Source of the DNA: Thermofilum pendens Hrk 5
GTDB lineage: Archaea > Thermoproteota > Thermoprotei > Thermofilales > Thermofilaceae
Reading direction: 5' to 3'
Length of the DNA: 32,000 nt
NCBI RefSeq assembly: GCF_000015225.1
Contig: NC_008698.1
Span: forward strand, 330,001 to 362,000
Part shown: positions 17,956-25,203 of the stretch, in pieces
How the letters are laid out: each line of letters opens with the position of its first letter
Position numbering within the stretch: the first letter of the stretch is position 1
The notes under the pieces: generated by a model
Told to the model about the DNA's origin: nothing
What the model saw: only the letters and a program-made list of their open reading frames with translations
Database searches by the model: none
Position numbers and translations under genes: made by a program

Positions 17956-18951
17956 CTACTGTGCAAAGTCTTCCTCGACAGCTTTTAATGATTCGTGCAT
18001 TACTGGGTGCCCGTACATTTCCTCTATTACTATCGAGGCTGCCTGCGGAGGGATTATGCCTATCTCCGTTATTATCCCCGTTATGAAGTCTGGCGGTGTA
18101 ACGTCGAATGCTGGGTTCAGCACGCGAAGCTTGGGGTGCCGTGCCAGCATTTCCTCGTCTACGATCTCGGTTTCCGCCCTGAACTCTATCGGTACGATGT
18201 CGCCTATCAGGGTAAAAGGGCTGAACTTGAAGGTCTCGGTCGCCACGAAGAAGTCGATACCACGCTCCCGGGCTGCCAGAGCGATAAGGCTTGTGCCGAC
18301 CTTGTTCACCACCGCGCCATTAGCCGCCACGGTGTCGGCGCCGACTACTACCTTGTCAATCCTCTTCATTATGCTTCTCACGGCGGATTCCGGTATTATC
18401 CTCACCCTCACTCCTTCCCTTAAAAGGCTCTCAGCCGTTATGTAGCCTTGGAACTTTGGCCGAGTTTCAGTTGCGTACACGGTTATGTCCTTACCCTTTT
18501 TGTGGGCCAGTACCAGTATCCCCGTTGCCGCCGCACTGTTACAGTGCGTTAAAATTGTGTCACCATCCCTGATCACCTTTTCGCCGAACTCCGATATCTT
18601 CGACAAGGCTTGGTCAGCGTACTCGATAAACCGTGACGCCCTGCTCACTACGAGAGACCTGGCCTTCTCCAAGGAGTCTATACCCGGCTTTTTCAGCTGG
18701 GAAACCACGTAGTTAACAGCGTTAGGCAGAGAAACAGCCGTGGGCCTGGTCGATACGAGCAGCTCCGCGACCTTCAACATGTACTCTTTGAACTCTTCGC
18801 AACTTTCCCCCTCGTACTTCAGTGCAGCGATCCTAAGCGCTTCTGCCGCTGCTTTAGCTATGCGCCCAGCCCCCCTGATCTCCATGTCTCTGATCTTTCT
18901 CGCTATCTCCAAGACCTCTGGAGGAAAAGCTCGAACCACGCCTTGACTCAT
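17956..18951 (-). CDS. Ribose-1,5-bisphosphate isomerase (eIF-2B alpha/beta/delta family, catalytic type)
   Basis: ILTHCNSAAA (catalytic Cys), TETRPKFQGYITAESL, VVVGADTVAANGAVVNKVGT (catalytic Asp) and ATETFKFSP. As I recall the Thermococcus kodakarensis R15P isomerase, this is a close pattern match. Confidence 0.7.
   Translation of the reverse strand: MSQGVVRAFPPEVLEIARKIRDMEIRGAGRIAKAAAEALRIAALKYEGESCEEFKEYMLKVAELLVSTRPTAVSLPNAVNYVVSQLKKPGIDSLEKARSLVVSRASRFIEYADQALSKISEFGEKVIRDGDTILTHCNSAAATGILVLAHKKGKDITVYATETRPKFQGYITAESLLREGVRVRIIPESAVRSIMKRIDKVVVGADTVAANGAVVNKVGTSLIALAARERGIDFFVATETFKFSPFTLIGDIVPIEFRAETEIVDEEMLARHPKLRVLNPAFDVTPPDFITGIITEIGIIPPQAASIVIEEMYGHPVMHESLKAVEEDFAQ
18272..18326. 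repeat. 55-nt perfect direct repeat, copy 1 (within the R15P isomerase gene)
   Basis: GCTGCCAGAGCGATAAGGCTTGTGCCGACCTTGTTCACCACCGCGCCATTAGCCG is identical to 19282-19336. Confidence 0.95.
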
Positions 18952-19907
18952 CGCCCTTCCCCTACCAGCATGTTCTTCAGTCTGCTCAGCAGGTTCTCGA
19001 CTTTCTCCACCTTCAGTGGCCAGCCGAAGGACTCTCTAAGCATCACTATGGAGAATTCCGGCGCTATTACTCCTTTCTCCGTTATTATCGCGTCTATGTA
19101 CGACGGCGGCGTTACATCGAAGAGGGGGGATCTGGGCTTTAACTTCCTGAGGTTTTCCCATCCACTCGGTATGTACTCCGTGAACTCTATCTCGGGGATT
19201 TCGACAAGCTCTCCAATTATGGTCTCGGGGCTAAACTTTAGGGTCGAGCTTACCACGTAGACGCGTACCCTCGCTTCGTGTGCTGCCAGAGCGATAAGGC
19301 TTGTGCCGACCTTGTTCACCACCGCGCCATTAGCCGAGATCGCCTCCGAGGAGAACAGCACTTTGTCCACTTCTTTCATAAAGAACCTCGCCGCAGAGTC
19401 GACTATGAGGTACGTGTCGACACCCATATCGGCTAGTTCTGCCGCGAATCGAACCCCTTCGCCTGTAGGCCTAGACTCGGTAACGTAGACTTTAAGCTCC
19501 TTACCGTCGCGGAGAGCTTTCTCTATTGTTTTCTTAACGAACAAGCTGTAGGAGTTTGTTAGCAGAACGTCGCCATTGGATATCCTCCTCGAAGCTATCG
19601 AGGCAGACCTTTCAACGTCTTCCCTAAGCCTGGAGGTGGCCCGCTCGTATTGCTTCTGGAAGGCTTCGCCCAGTTCTACAAAGGATCTCGGCTGGGCGGC
19701 TACTAGTTCCCCCAGGATTATTCGCATAATGTTTTGAAGCATCGCCGAGGTGACACGCGAGCGCAGAATTTTCTCAGTAACCTCGATGAACAAGCTGGGA
19801 TCCTTTTGCTTCACAACAGTGTTTAGGAGGTCTAAGGCGTAGATGACAGTCTCCGTCGAGCTGTAAATCTTCCCAGAACTTATCTTCTCCAGCTCTTCTT
19901 CAAACAT
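18948..19907 (-). CDS. eIF-2B-family paralog lacking the isomerase catalytic Cys/Asp (putative non-catalytic or regulatory subunit)
   Basis: Same fold markers (TESRPTGEG, ANGAVVNKVGTSLIALAA, SSTLKFSPE). The Cys position reads LLTNSYS and the Asp position reads LFSSEAIS. Overlaps the downstream paralog by 4 nt and prs by 8 nt. Confidence 0.65.
   Translation of the reverse strand: MFEEELEKISSGKIYSSTETVIYALDLLNTVVKQKDPSLFIEVTEKILRSRVTSAMLQNIMRIILGELVAAQPRSFVELGEAFQKQYERATSRLREDVERSASIASRRISNGDVLLTNSYSLFVKKTIEKALRDGKELKVYVTESRPTGEGVRFAAELADMGVDTYLIVDSAARFFMKEVDKVLFSSEAISANGAVVNKVGTSLIALAAHEARVRVYVVSSTLKFSPETIIGELVEIPEIEFTEYIPSGWENLRKLKPRSPLFDVTPPSYIDAIITEKGVIAPEFSIVMLRESFGWPLKVEKVENLLSRLKNMLVGEGR
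19282..19336. repeat. 55-nt perfect direct repeat, copy 2 (within the non-catalytic paralog)
   Basis: Identical to 18272-18326, in the same orientation and codon phase, 1010 bp away. Confidence 0.95.
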
Positions 19908-20784
19908 TCACGACCCCCTTTAAGGCCTCTGCTATTACACCTGCTACCGATACGCGAGCGTAAGGATTATGAACGCTGTCCGTGGATATAAACTCTTTGA
20001 CGCCGGACCCGAAAATCCTAGCTTCGGCGTCCTGTACTAGCAACGCGTGCGTCACGCAAGCGTAGATATCCCTGAACCCGGCCTCGAGCAGTTTCTGCGC
20101 CACCTCGCCCAGCGTGCCGCCAGTGCTCACTATATCGTCCACGATTACCGCTGTCTCTCCCCGTTTCACGGCACCCGTCACGCTGACTATCTCATCCCCC
20201 ATTCTCTGCTTCTCGAAGACGAAGTACGGCGCGCCGATCGTGTCGGCGAACGTTTTAGCCCAGCGCTCCGCCTCCTCGTCCGGTGCGACAACGACCCCGG
20301 TTCCGTGCTCCTTCTGGAAGAAAGCGGCCAGCAGAGGCATTGCCGAGACCTCAATGGCGGGGAACGGGAAAAGCTCGGACAAAGACCTAATTCTGTGCAG
20401 ATGAGGATCCACCGTTATGAGAGCATCCACGTCTAGCTTCGCCAGGAGCCGGGCGATAACGCGGGAGCTAACCACTTCTCCCGGTGTAAACTCCGCGTCT
20501 TGTCTCAGGTAGGGCAGGTAGGGCGCCACCAGTACGACTTTCTCTGCGCCTTTTTCCCTTAATCCCTCCACTGCGAGCACTGTCTCTGCGAGTGCCTCGT
20601 TAGGGCGCCTCCCGTAGCAAACGACGTAGGCTACCTCCTCATCCTTGAGGCCTTGCGGAAGCCTGACGTACAGCTCGCCGTCCGGAAAACTCCTTACGCG
20701 GGCAACCTCGTACTTGAGGCCGAGCATGCCAGCTACCTTTTTAGCGATAGCACTGCATCCGTAACCTGATACTATCAGAGCCAC
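19900..20784 (-). CDS. prs: Ribose-phosphate pyrophosphokinase (PRPP synthetase)
   Basis: FPDGELYVRL near the N-terminus and the PRPP motif AVIVDDIVSTGGTL. GTG start, with the palindromic TATA box GATTTAAATC (20807-20816) 27 nt upstream. Confidence 0.85.
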   Translation of the reverse strand: MALIVSGYGCSAIAKKVAGMLGLKYEVARVRSFPDGELYVRLPQGLKDEEVAYVVCYGRRPNEALAETVLAVEGLREKGAEKVVLVAPYLPYLRQDAEFTPGEVVSSRVIARLLAKLDVDALITVDPHLHRIRSLSELFPFPAIEVSAMPLLAAFFQKEHGTGVVVAPDEEAERWAKTFADTIGAPYFVFEKQRMGDEIVSVTGAVKRGETAVIVDDIVSTGGTLGEVAQKLLEAGFRDIYACVTHALLVQDAEARIFGSGVKEFISTDSVHNPYARVSVAGVIAEALKGVVNV

Positions 20785-20998
20785 GTTCTAACAAACCATT
20801 CTCGCCGATTTAAATCGCGCGCCTCTTCTAGCTAGAGCACGCCACTCCAAGTGAGTTCTAAGGACTTAAAACAACGGAGAGCCGAGCGCCCGGCTGGTCT
20901 TCTACTCTAGTTGCTCTACCTAGCTTAGGTTACTTGGCGGTGCTTCTTGTCTCCCAATCCGGGCAACATGCACTGGCGTGCACGATAAGGGAAAAGTA

Positions 20999-21319
20999 CT
21001 ATTCGTGAGTATCTTCAAAGCTTATGTTTATGGAGTCGGCTATGCTTCTAGCTTTTCTCAGAGAACCTGTAGTCTTTATCACGTAGAATACCCCGTCGGC
21101 GTCAAGTACAAAGATCGACCTGAAGAGTTTCTGGGAGTCCGCGTTGATCCTGTACACGTAGACCCCTTTATTGTTCGAGTAGACCTCTCTCAGTCGGATA
21201 ACCGAGGCTCCCCACGCGCCGTAAAGTGCTCTGATCCACTCTTCGAGTATACTTGTCGGCGTACACGAAGCACACTTCCCAGCGTTAAACGCTAAAACTA
21301 CGTAGCGGTTCCTACTCAT
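20999..21319 (-). CDS. rnp2: Ribonuclease P protein component 2 (Pop5)
   Basis: 106 aa. RNRYVVLAF opening, ALYGAWGAS, and VIKTTGSLRKA (the SGTIK-like motif). Lies immediately downstream of rnp3, as in the archaeal exosome/RNase P superoperon. Confidence 0.7.
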   Translation of the reverse strand: MSRNRYVVLAFNAGKCASCTPTSILEEWIRALYGAWGASVIRLREVYSNNKGVYVYRINADSQKLFRSIFVLDADGVFYVIKTTGSLRKARSIADSINISFEDTHE

Positions 21320-21323
21320 TCAG

Positions 21324-21333
21324 CCCCCCCCCC
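21324..21333 (-). promoter_or_regulatory. G10 homopolymer (C10 on the + strand) 4 nt upstream of the rnp2 ATG; possible Shine-Dalgarno surrogate
   Basis: The minus strand reads ...TTCCGGGGGGGGGGCTGAATG. It sits in the 52-nt rnp3-rnp2 spacer. Confidence 0.3.
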
Positions 21334-21371
21334 GGAAATGCCCGCTAACTCAGGCATATACTTCACACTGG

Positions 21372-22151
21372 TCAAGGTACGTCGGCGTAGCGTACGCCGC
21401 GTGCAGGAATCTTGCCGACCCTCTTGTAGATGTTCTCAGCTATCCTGCTACGTAGAGCGTCGGACATCCAACGGGAAAGATTCTCGTACTTTATCCCGAG
21501 AAAAACTTCCCCGAAGCTTATTACAGCCCGAGGATCTCTTGGGCTGTAAGGACTGCTGGGACCCGATGATATAACGATACCCACGCCTTTGTCTACTAGC
21601 GGTTTAACGGTCTCCCTCACTCTAGCCACCTGAGCGACGTCGAGCGGTTTACTTCCGCCTAGGAAAAACCTGTCCAATGTTATCTCTACGAATTTCCCCT
21701 GCTTCAAAATTTCGTCGATGTCACCTTTAAGTATCTCGGGGATATTTCTCTGCGGAAGCGTGATTAAGTCTACTCTATGATCCCTGCTACCGAACGCGGT
21801 TATCGCTCTTGTCTCGGCCTCCACAGAGATGACGTCGAAGAGAGGGCGAAGCATCCTCAAAGCCTTCTTCAGGAGGCTTTGAGCCGAGATCTGCAAATGG
21901 CAACGGGAATAGCACTCTATACCGGATTCTCTAAGTTTCCTTGCGGTCTCGTCAAAACGCTTGGCTTCACGGTATAGGCTCCATTCCTGATTCCCCACCC
22001 TCGCTACGAAAACGCAACCGTGATACCCAGCCTTTCTCGCGCGTGCGTAGATTTCGCGAAACAGGCTTAGGAGCTCGTCGTCTCGTAGCGAGGCAACACC
22101 TTCGAGGGGTAGCTCGGAGGCATAGACATCGAGGAAACGCCTATGCTTCAT
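21372..22151 (-). CDS. rnp3: Ribonuclease P protein component 3 (Rpp30)
   Basis: The C-terminal ISSGPSSPYSPRDPRAVISFGEVFLGI matches the Pyrococcus Rpp30 [25 protein letters not shown] region. TIM-barrel-sized at 259 aa. Confidence 0.75.
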   Translation of the reverse strand: MKHRRFLDVYASELPLEGVASLRDDELLSLFREIYARARKAGYHGCVFVARVGNQEWSLYREAKRFDETARKLRESGIECYSRCHLQISAQSLLKKALRMLRPLFDVISVEAETRAITAFGSRDHRVDLITLPQRNIPEILKGDIDEILKQGKFVEITLDRFFLGGSKPLDVAQVARVRETVKPLVDKGVGIVISSGPSSPYSPRDPRAVISFGEVFLGIKYENLSRWMSDALRSRIAENIYKRVGKIPARGVRYADVP

Positions 22152-22221
22152 GCTTCTCTGAGTGCTTATGCATCCGAAACTATTTTAAAATGCTTCTTGA
22201 GCGAAACCCTCATCCTCGCGT

Positions 22222-22716
22222 TTACTGAGTCGTCTTCTTGGATCTTAGCGAGAGAAGGTACCTGGACACTGCTTCGCTCTTTCTTAGGTGCGGCTTTAGC
22301 AACGCAGTCACGCGTATTACATCGTCGCCTTCACTTATGCGTATGTTCCCAAGGTAAGCTTCCTGCTTGTCCACCCTTAGGTATATCCTTCCATGCTCGA
22401 ACCTATCCTCCAGCGAGTCCAAGAAGTAGTTGAAATCCGACTCCTCCATCCTTCTAACTATGTGCTCGAAAGCTTCCTGGGCCTCTACTTCTTCGTCTAT
22501 GAAAAACTTCATGACAGTGATCGCGTTTCCGTGATAGCCGAGGACAACGTTCTTCGAAAGGTACACTTCCAGGCTTCCTCTCATGCGCTCTGGTAGAACG
22601 TTAGACACTGCCTGCAGAACTCGTTCCTCGTCTTCAGTAGCGTGCACGAAGGTTGATAACTCTAGGCTTAGCACGTCACTGCTCTTCCTCTTTCTCTCCG
22701 GCGTTTTCTGAGACAT
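22222..22716 (-). CDS. Predicted exosome-associated RNA-binding protein (COG1325/DUF54-like)
   Basis: [28 protein letters not shown] is the family opening, and the position between rpl15e and rnp3 is conserved. ATG 22716 lies inside rpl15e. GTG 22674, 1 nt past the rpl15e stop, is an equally good start. Confidence 0.65.
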   Translation of the reverse strand: MSQKTPERKRKSSDVLSLELSTFVHATEDEERVLQAVSNVLPERMRGSLEVYLSKNVVLGYHGNAITVMKFFIDEEVEAQEAFEHIVRRMEESDFNYFLDSLEDRFEHGRIYLRVDKQEAYLGNIRISEGDDVIRVTALLKPHLRKSEAVSRYLLSLRSKKTTQ

Positions 22717-23239
22717 CTAGCTTAGCCTTTGAGAGAATCTTTAAGAGAAGATCCCTCGTAACTTTAACCCCAGCTTTCTTCTTGAAGCCCGCTACCCAGC
22801 GTCTCTCGATGTCTCTCTTCACCGCCGGGTGGTGCGGATCCACCATAACGACTTCATACCACTTGTAGACCCCGTCCTCGCCGACATAGTAAGACCCTAG
22901 AACTACCAGGTTGGGGAACTTCCTGGCAGCCCTCTCCTCGGCTATCTGCTGCGCACTCTTATGCGGCGAATACCCGTATACTCCCATTCTCTTGGGGCGT
23001 CTACCGCTGGAAGGCCTAGGCCTATTGAGACCTCCTTTGCGCACCCTGACCCTCGCCACTATGTATCCCTGCTTAGCCTTGTACCCCAGAGCTCTCGCGC
23101 GATTTATCCTGGTAGGCCTAGGTATCCGTACAACAGTTGGTTCACGCCTCCACAGCATGAACCTTTCTCTCATGAGCTGCCCGTGTTCGCCCTTAAAGGG
23201 TCTTTTCCAGATTTCTGCCATGTACTTGTAGTATCCCAT
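22676..23239 (-). CDS. rpl15e: 50S ribosomal protein L15e
   Basis: [14 protein letters not shown]..., [30 protein letters not shown] and [10 protein letters not shown]. Confidence 0.9.
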   Translation of the reverse strand: MGYYKYMAEIWKRPFKGEHGQLMRERFMLWRREPTVVRIPRPTRINRARALGYKAKQGYIVARVRVRKGGLNRPRPSSGRRPKRMGVYGYSPHKSAQQIAEERAARKFPNLVVLGSYYVGEDGVYKWYEVVMVDPHHPAVKRDIERRWVAGFKKKAGVKVTRDLLLKILSKAKLDVSENAGEKEEEQ

Positions 23240-23317
23240 TCGCGAAACCCCCTTCTGATTCTATCCGTGTGTTTTTAAATTTTATTGATAGGAGGGGCGC
23301 CCGGCAAAGCGTGTCTC

Positions 23318-24337
23318 TCAGCGCGCGAACTTTTCGATTATCTTTTCCTTCAGGTTGTCAACTCCTATTTTCTTCTCCGCCGAGACAGCCACGTAGTCCA
23401 CCGCTCCAAATACTCTCCTAAAGTTGTCCATGTGCTCGGTTTGAGCTATGTCGAGCTTGTTGACTACGATCCATGCTTCGCTCGATATGAAAGACTTTAC
23501 ACCTCTGTAGACTGCGTATTGGAAGTCCAGCGTGAAGCCGCACGTCTCGGTGGGGTCAACGACGAAGAGAACTAGACCGGTGATGTGTTTTAGGGCTACG
23601 ACTGCTTTAAGCTCGATGGGGTTCTTCTCCTCTAGCGGCCTGTCGAGCAGGCCAGGTGTGTCGACGAGCTGGATCTTCCCCAGCGGGTGCTCTATGTGTC
23701 CTACTATCAACTCTTTAGTTGTGAAGGGGTAGGGTTTGACTTCTGGCTTAGCCCTTGTAAGGGACTTTAGCAGCGAGGACTTCCCCACGTTTGGTGCCCC
23801 GGCGATAATCACTGTTGGTATATCTAGGTCGATTTCAGGTAGCTTGGCGAATGTCAACTGGAATTTTCTAAGCATGGGCAGGCACTCCTCCAGCTCTCTG
23901 AGCACGGAAAGGGCTCGTCCGAAGAAGGCTTTCTCCGCCGACACTATCTCCTCGTACGTTTTTGCCCTTCTTATTCTAACCCGCTGTTCCAGACCAATCT
24001 TCTTGATAATTTTCGAGGCGCTGTAAAGCCTAGAGGTGCAACTCTTATAGAGGTCCACGTCTAGATCTATCGTTACTAGTGAGCGGTAAAAGGGGTGTAG
24101 GTCTTCCAGGAAGGGGCTCGTAAGGGCTACGTCTCTAAGCCTAGACGAGAGAACACCAGCCGCAAGCTTAACGCACTCCAACGCCCTTATGCGTCTCGTC
24201 TCCACCTTATCTACGCCTTTAGCGCTACTCTTCCTCTTGCACGACCTGACTGCGAGCTCGAACAACTCCTCGACGCTTTGAGGAGCGTAGACCATACGTC
24301 GTTTAAGGTACTGTATGTCCATTATACTCCTGTGCAA
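23318..24337 (-). CDS. NOG1-family GTP-binding protein
   Basis: NOG1-type N-terminal helical domain, then G1 GAPNVGKSSL, G3 DTPGLLDRP and G4 NKLD. Confidence 0.8.
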   Translation of the reverse strand: MHRSIMDIQYLKRRMVYAPQSVEELFELAVRSCKRKSSAKGVDKVETRRIRALECVKLAAGVLSSRLRDVALTSPFLEDLHPFYRSLVTIDLDVDLYKSCTSRLYSASKIIKKIGLEQRVRIRRAKTYEEIVSAEKAFFGRALSVLRELEECLPMLRKFQLTFAKLPEIDLDIPTVIIAGAPNVGKSSLLKSLTRAKPEVKPYPFTTKELIVGHIEHPLGKIQLVDTPGLLDRPLEEKNPIELKAVVALKHITGLVLFVVDPTETCGFTLDFQYAVYRGVKSFISSEAWIVVNKLDIAQTEHMDNFRRVFGAVDYVAVSAEKKIGVDNLKEKIIEKFAR

Positions 24338-24472
24338 CGTTCTGAGAGCGGCACTATATTAACTATACGCGCAAGCGCGCGTGTCAGCCAGGTAGTAAGG
24401 ACATACTCCTTTCATCCTCTTAATGCTTAACCTTTTATATATGCTTTCAAAGTCCAGTAGTGGTGGAAGTTA

Positions 24473-25087
24473 ATGGAAGTACTTCCGGGCACTACTGTTG
24501 GAATAAGGGTTAGCGACGGCGTAGTGCTGGCTGCCGAGAAGAGAGTTTCCTACGGACTCTACCTGATGAGTAAGAGCGGTAAGAAGGTGTACAGGATACT
24601 AGACAAGATGGGGATGGCGAGTGCAGGCCTTATGGCGGACATGCAAACTTTGGCTAGAATTGTCGAGGCGGAGATGCGTCTGTACGAGCTCGACTCGAAT
24701 ATCTCCCCGAAAGTCTGGACCGTTGCGAAGCTGCTTTCCTACATACTCTACGAGAGGAGACTCTTCCCATACTACGCGGAGATAGTTGTCGGAGGGCTAG
24801 ACGAGGAGGGGTCACACCTCTACTCCCTAGATCCGATAGGCGCGATAATTGAAGATGACTACGTAGCCCTGGGATCTGGCACCCAGCTCGCAATCAGCAT
24901 AGTGGAGAGCAACTACAAAAAAGATATGTCGCTAGACGAAGCCCTAAGCCTCGCACTTAAGTCCGTATACGCCGCCATGAAGCGCGACGCCGCCAGCGGT
25001 GATGGAGTGGACGTGCTGGTTATAGGAAAAAGCGGAACCCTGGAGAAAACCTACCCCTTAAGCGAGCTTCAAAGCGTAGCCGTATAA
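24473..25087 (+). CDS. psmB: Proteasome subunit beta
   Basis: Short propeptide, then the catalytic Thr: MEVLPG/TTVGIRVSDGVVLAAEKR. Also GLMADMQTL and LGSGTQLA. TATA box CTTTTATATATG at 24432-24443. Confidence 0.9.
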   Translation: MEVLPGTTVGIRVSDGVVLAAEKRVSYGLYLMSKSGKKVYRILDKMGMASAGLMADMQTLARIVEAEMRLYELDSNISPKVWTVAKLLSYILYERRLFPYYAEIVVGGLDEEGSHLYSLDPIGAIIEDDYVALGSGTQLAISIVESNYKKDMSLDEALSLALKSVYAAMKRDAASGDGVDVLVIGKSGTLEKTYPLSELQSVAV

Positions 25088-25165
25088 GACCGCTCCCTCG
25101 CCTCTCCCGTGCCGTAGTTAAAGTTTCTTCGACGTGCGCATCGTGGATTATCGGCATGCGCTTCA

Positions 25166-25199
25166 GGTTTATATCAGCGTTTGCGGATGTTTAGGAGGG
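25166..25199 (+). promoter_or_regulatory. polB TATA box (GGTTTATATCA, 25166-25176) and Shine-Dalgarno sequence (GGAGG, 25194-25198)
   Basis: The AT-rich box is about 33 nt upstream of ATG 25204 and the GGAGG is 5 nt upstream. This is one of the few genes here with a clear SD. Confidence 0.45.
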
Positions 25200-25203
25200 A
25201 GCG

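Noticed and set aside
22676-22716. 41-nt overlap between rpl15e and the COG1325 gene, considered as a possible frameshift or fusion.
   Set aside because: The L15e C-terminus reads through in frame with weak but plausible similarity (VTRDL against VFRGL). The overlap disappears if the downstream gene starts at GTG 22674. I see no evidence for recoding.
25126-25160. Inverted repeat GCGCAT...ATGCGC upstream of polB.
   Set aside because: It has only a 6-bp stem with a 14-nt loop, and sits between the psmB stop and the polB TATA box. It is compatible with chance or a weak terminator, so I did not call it.
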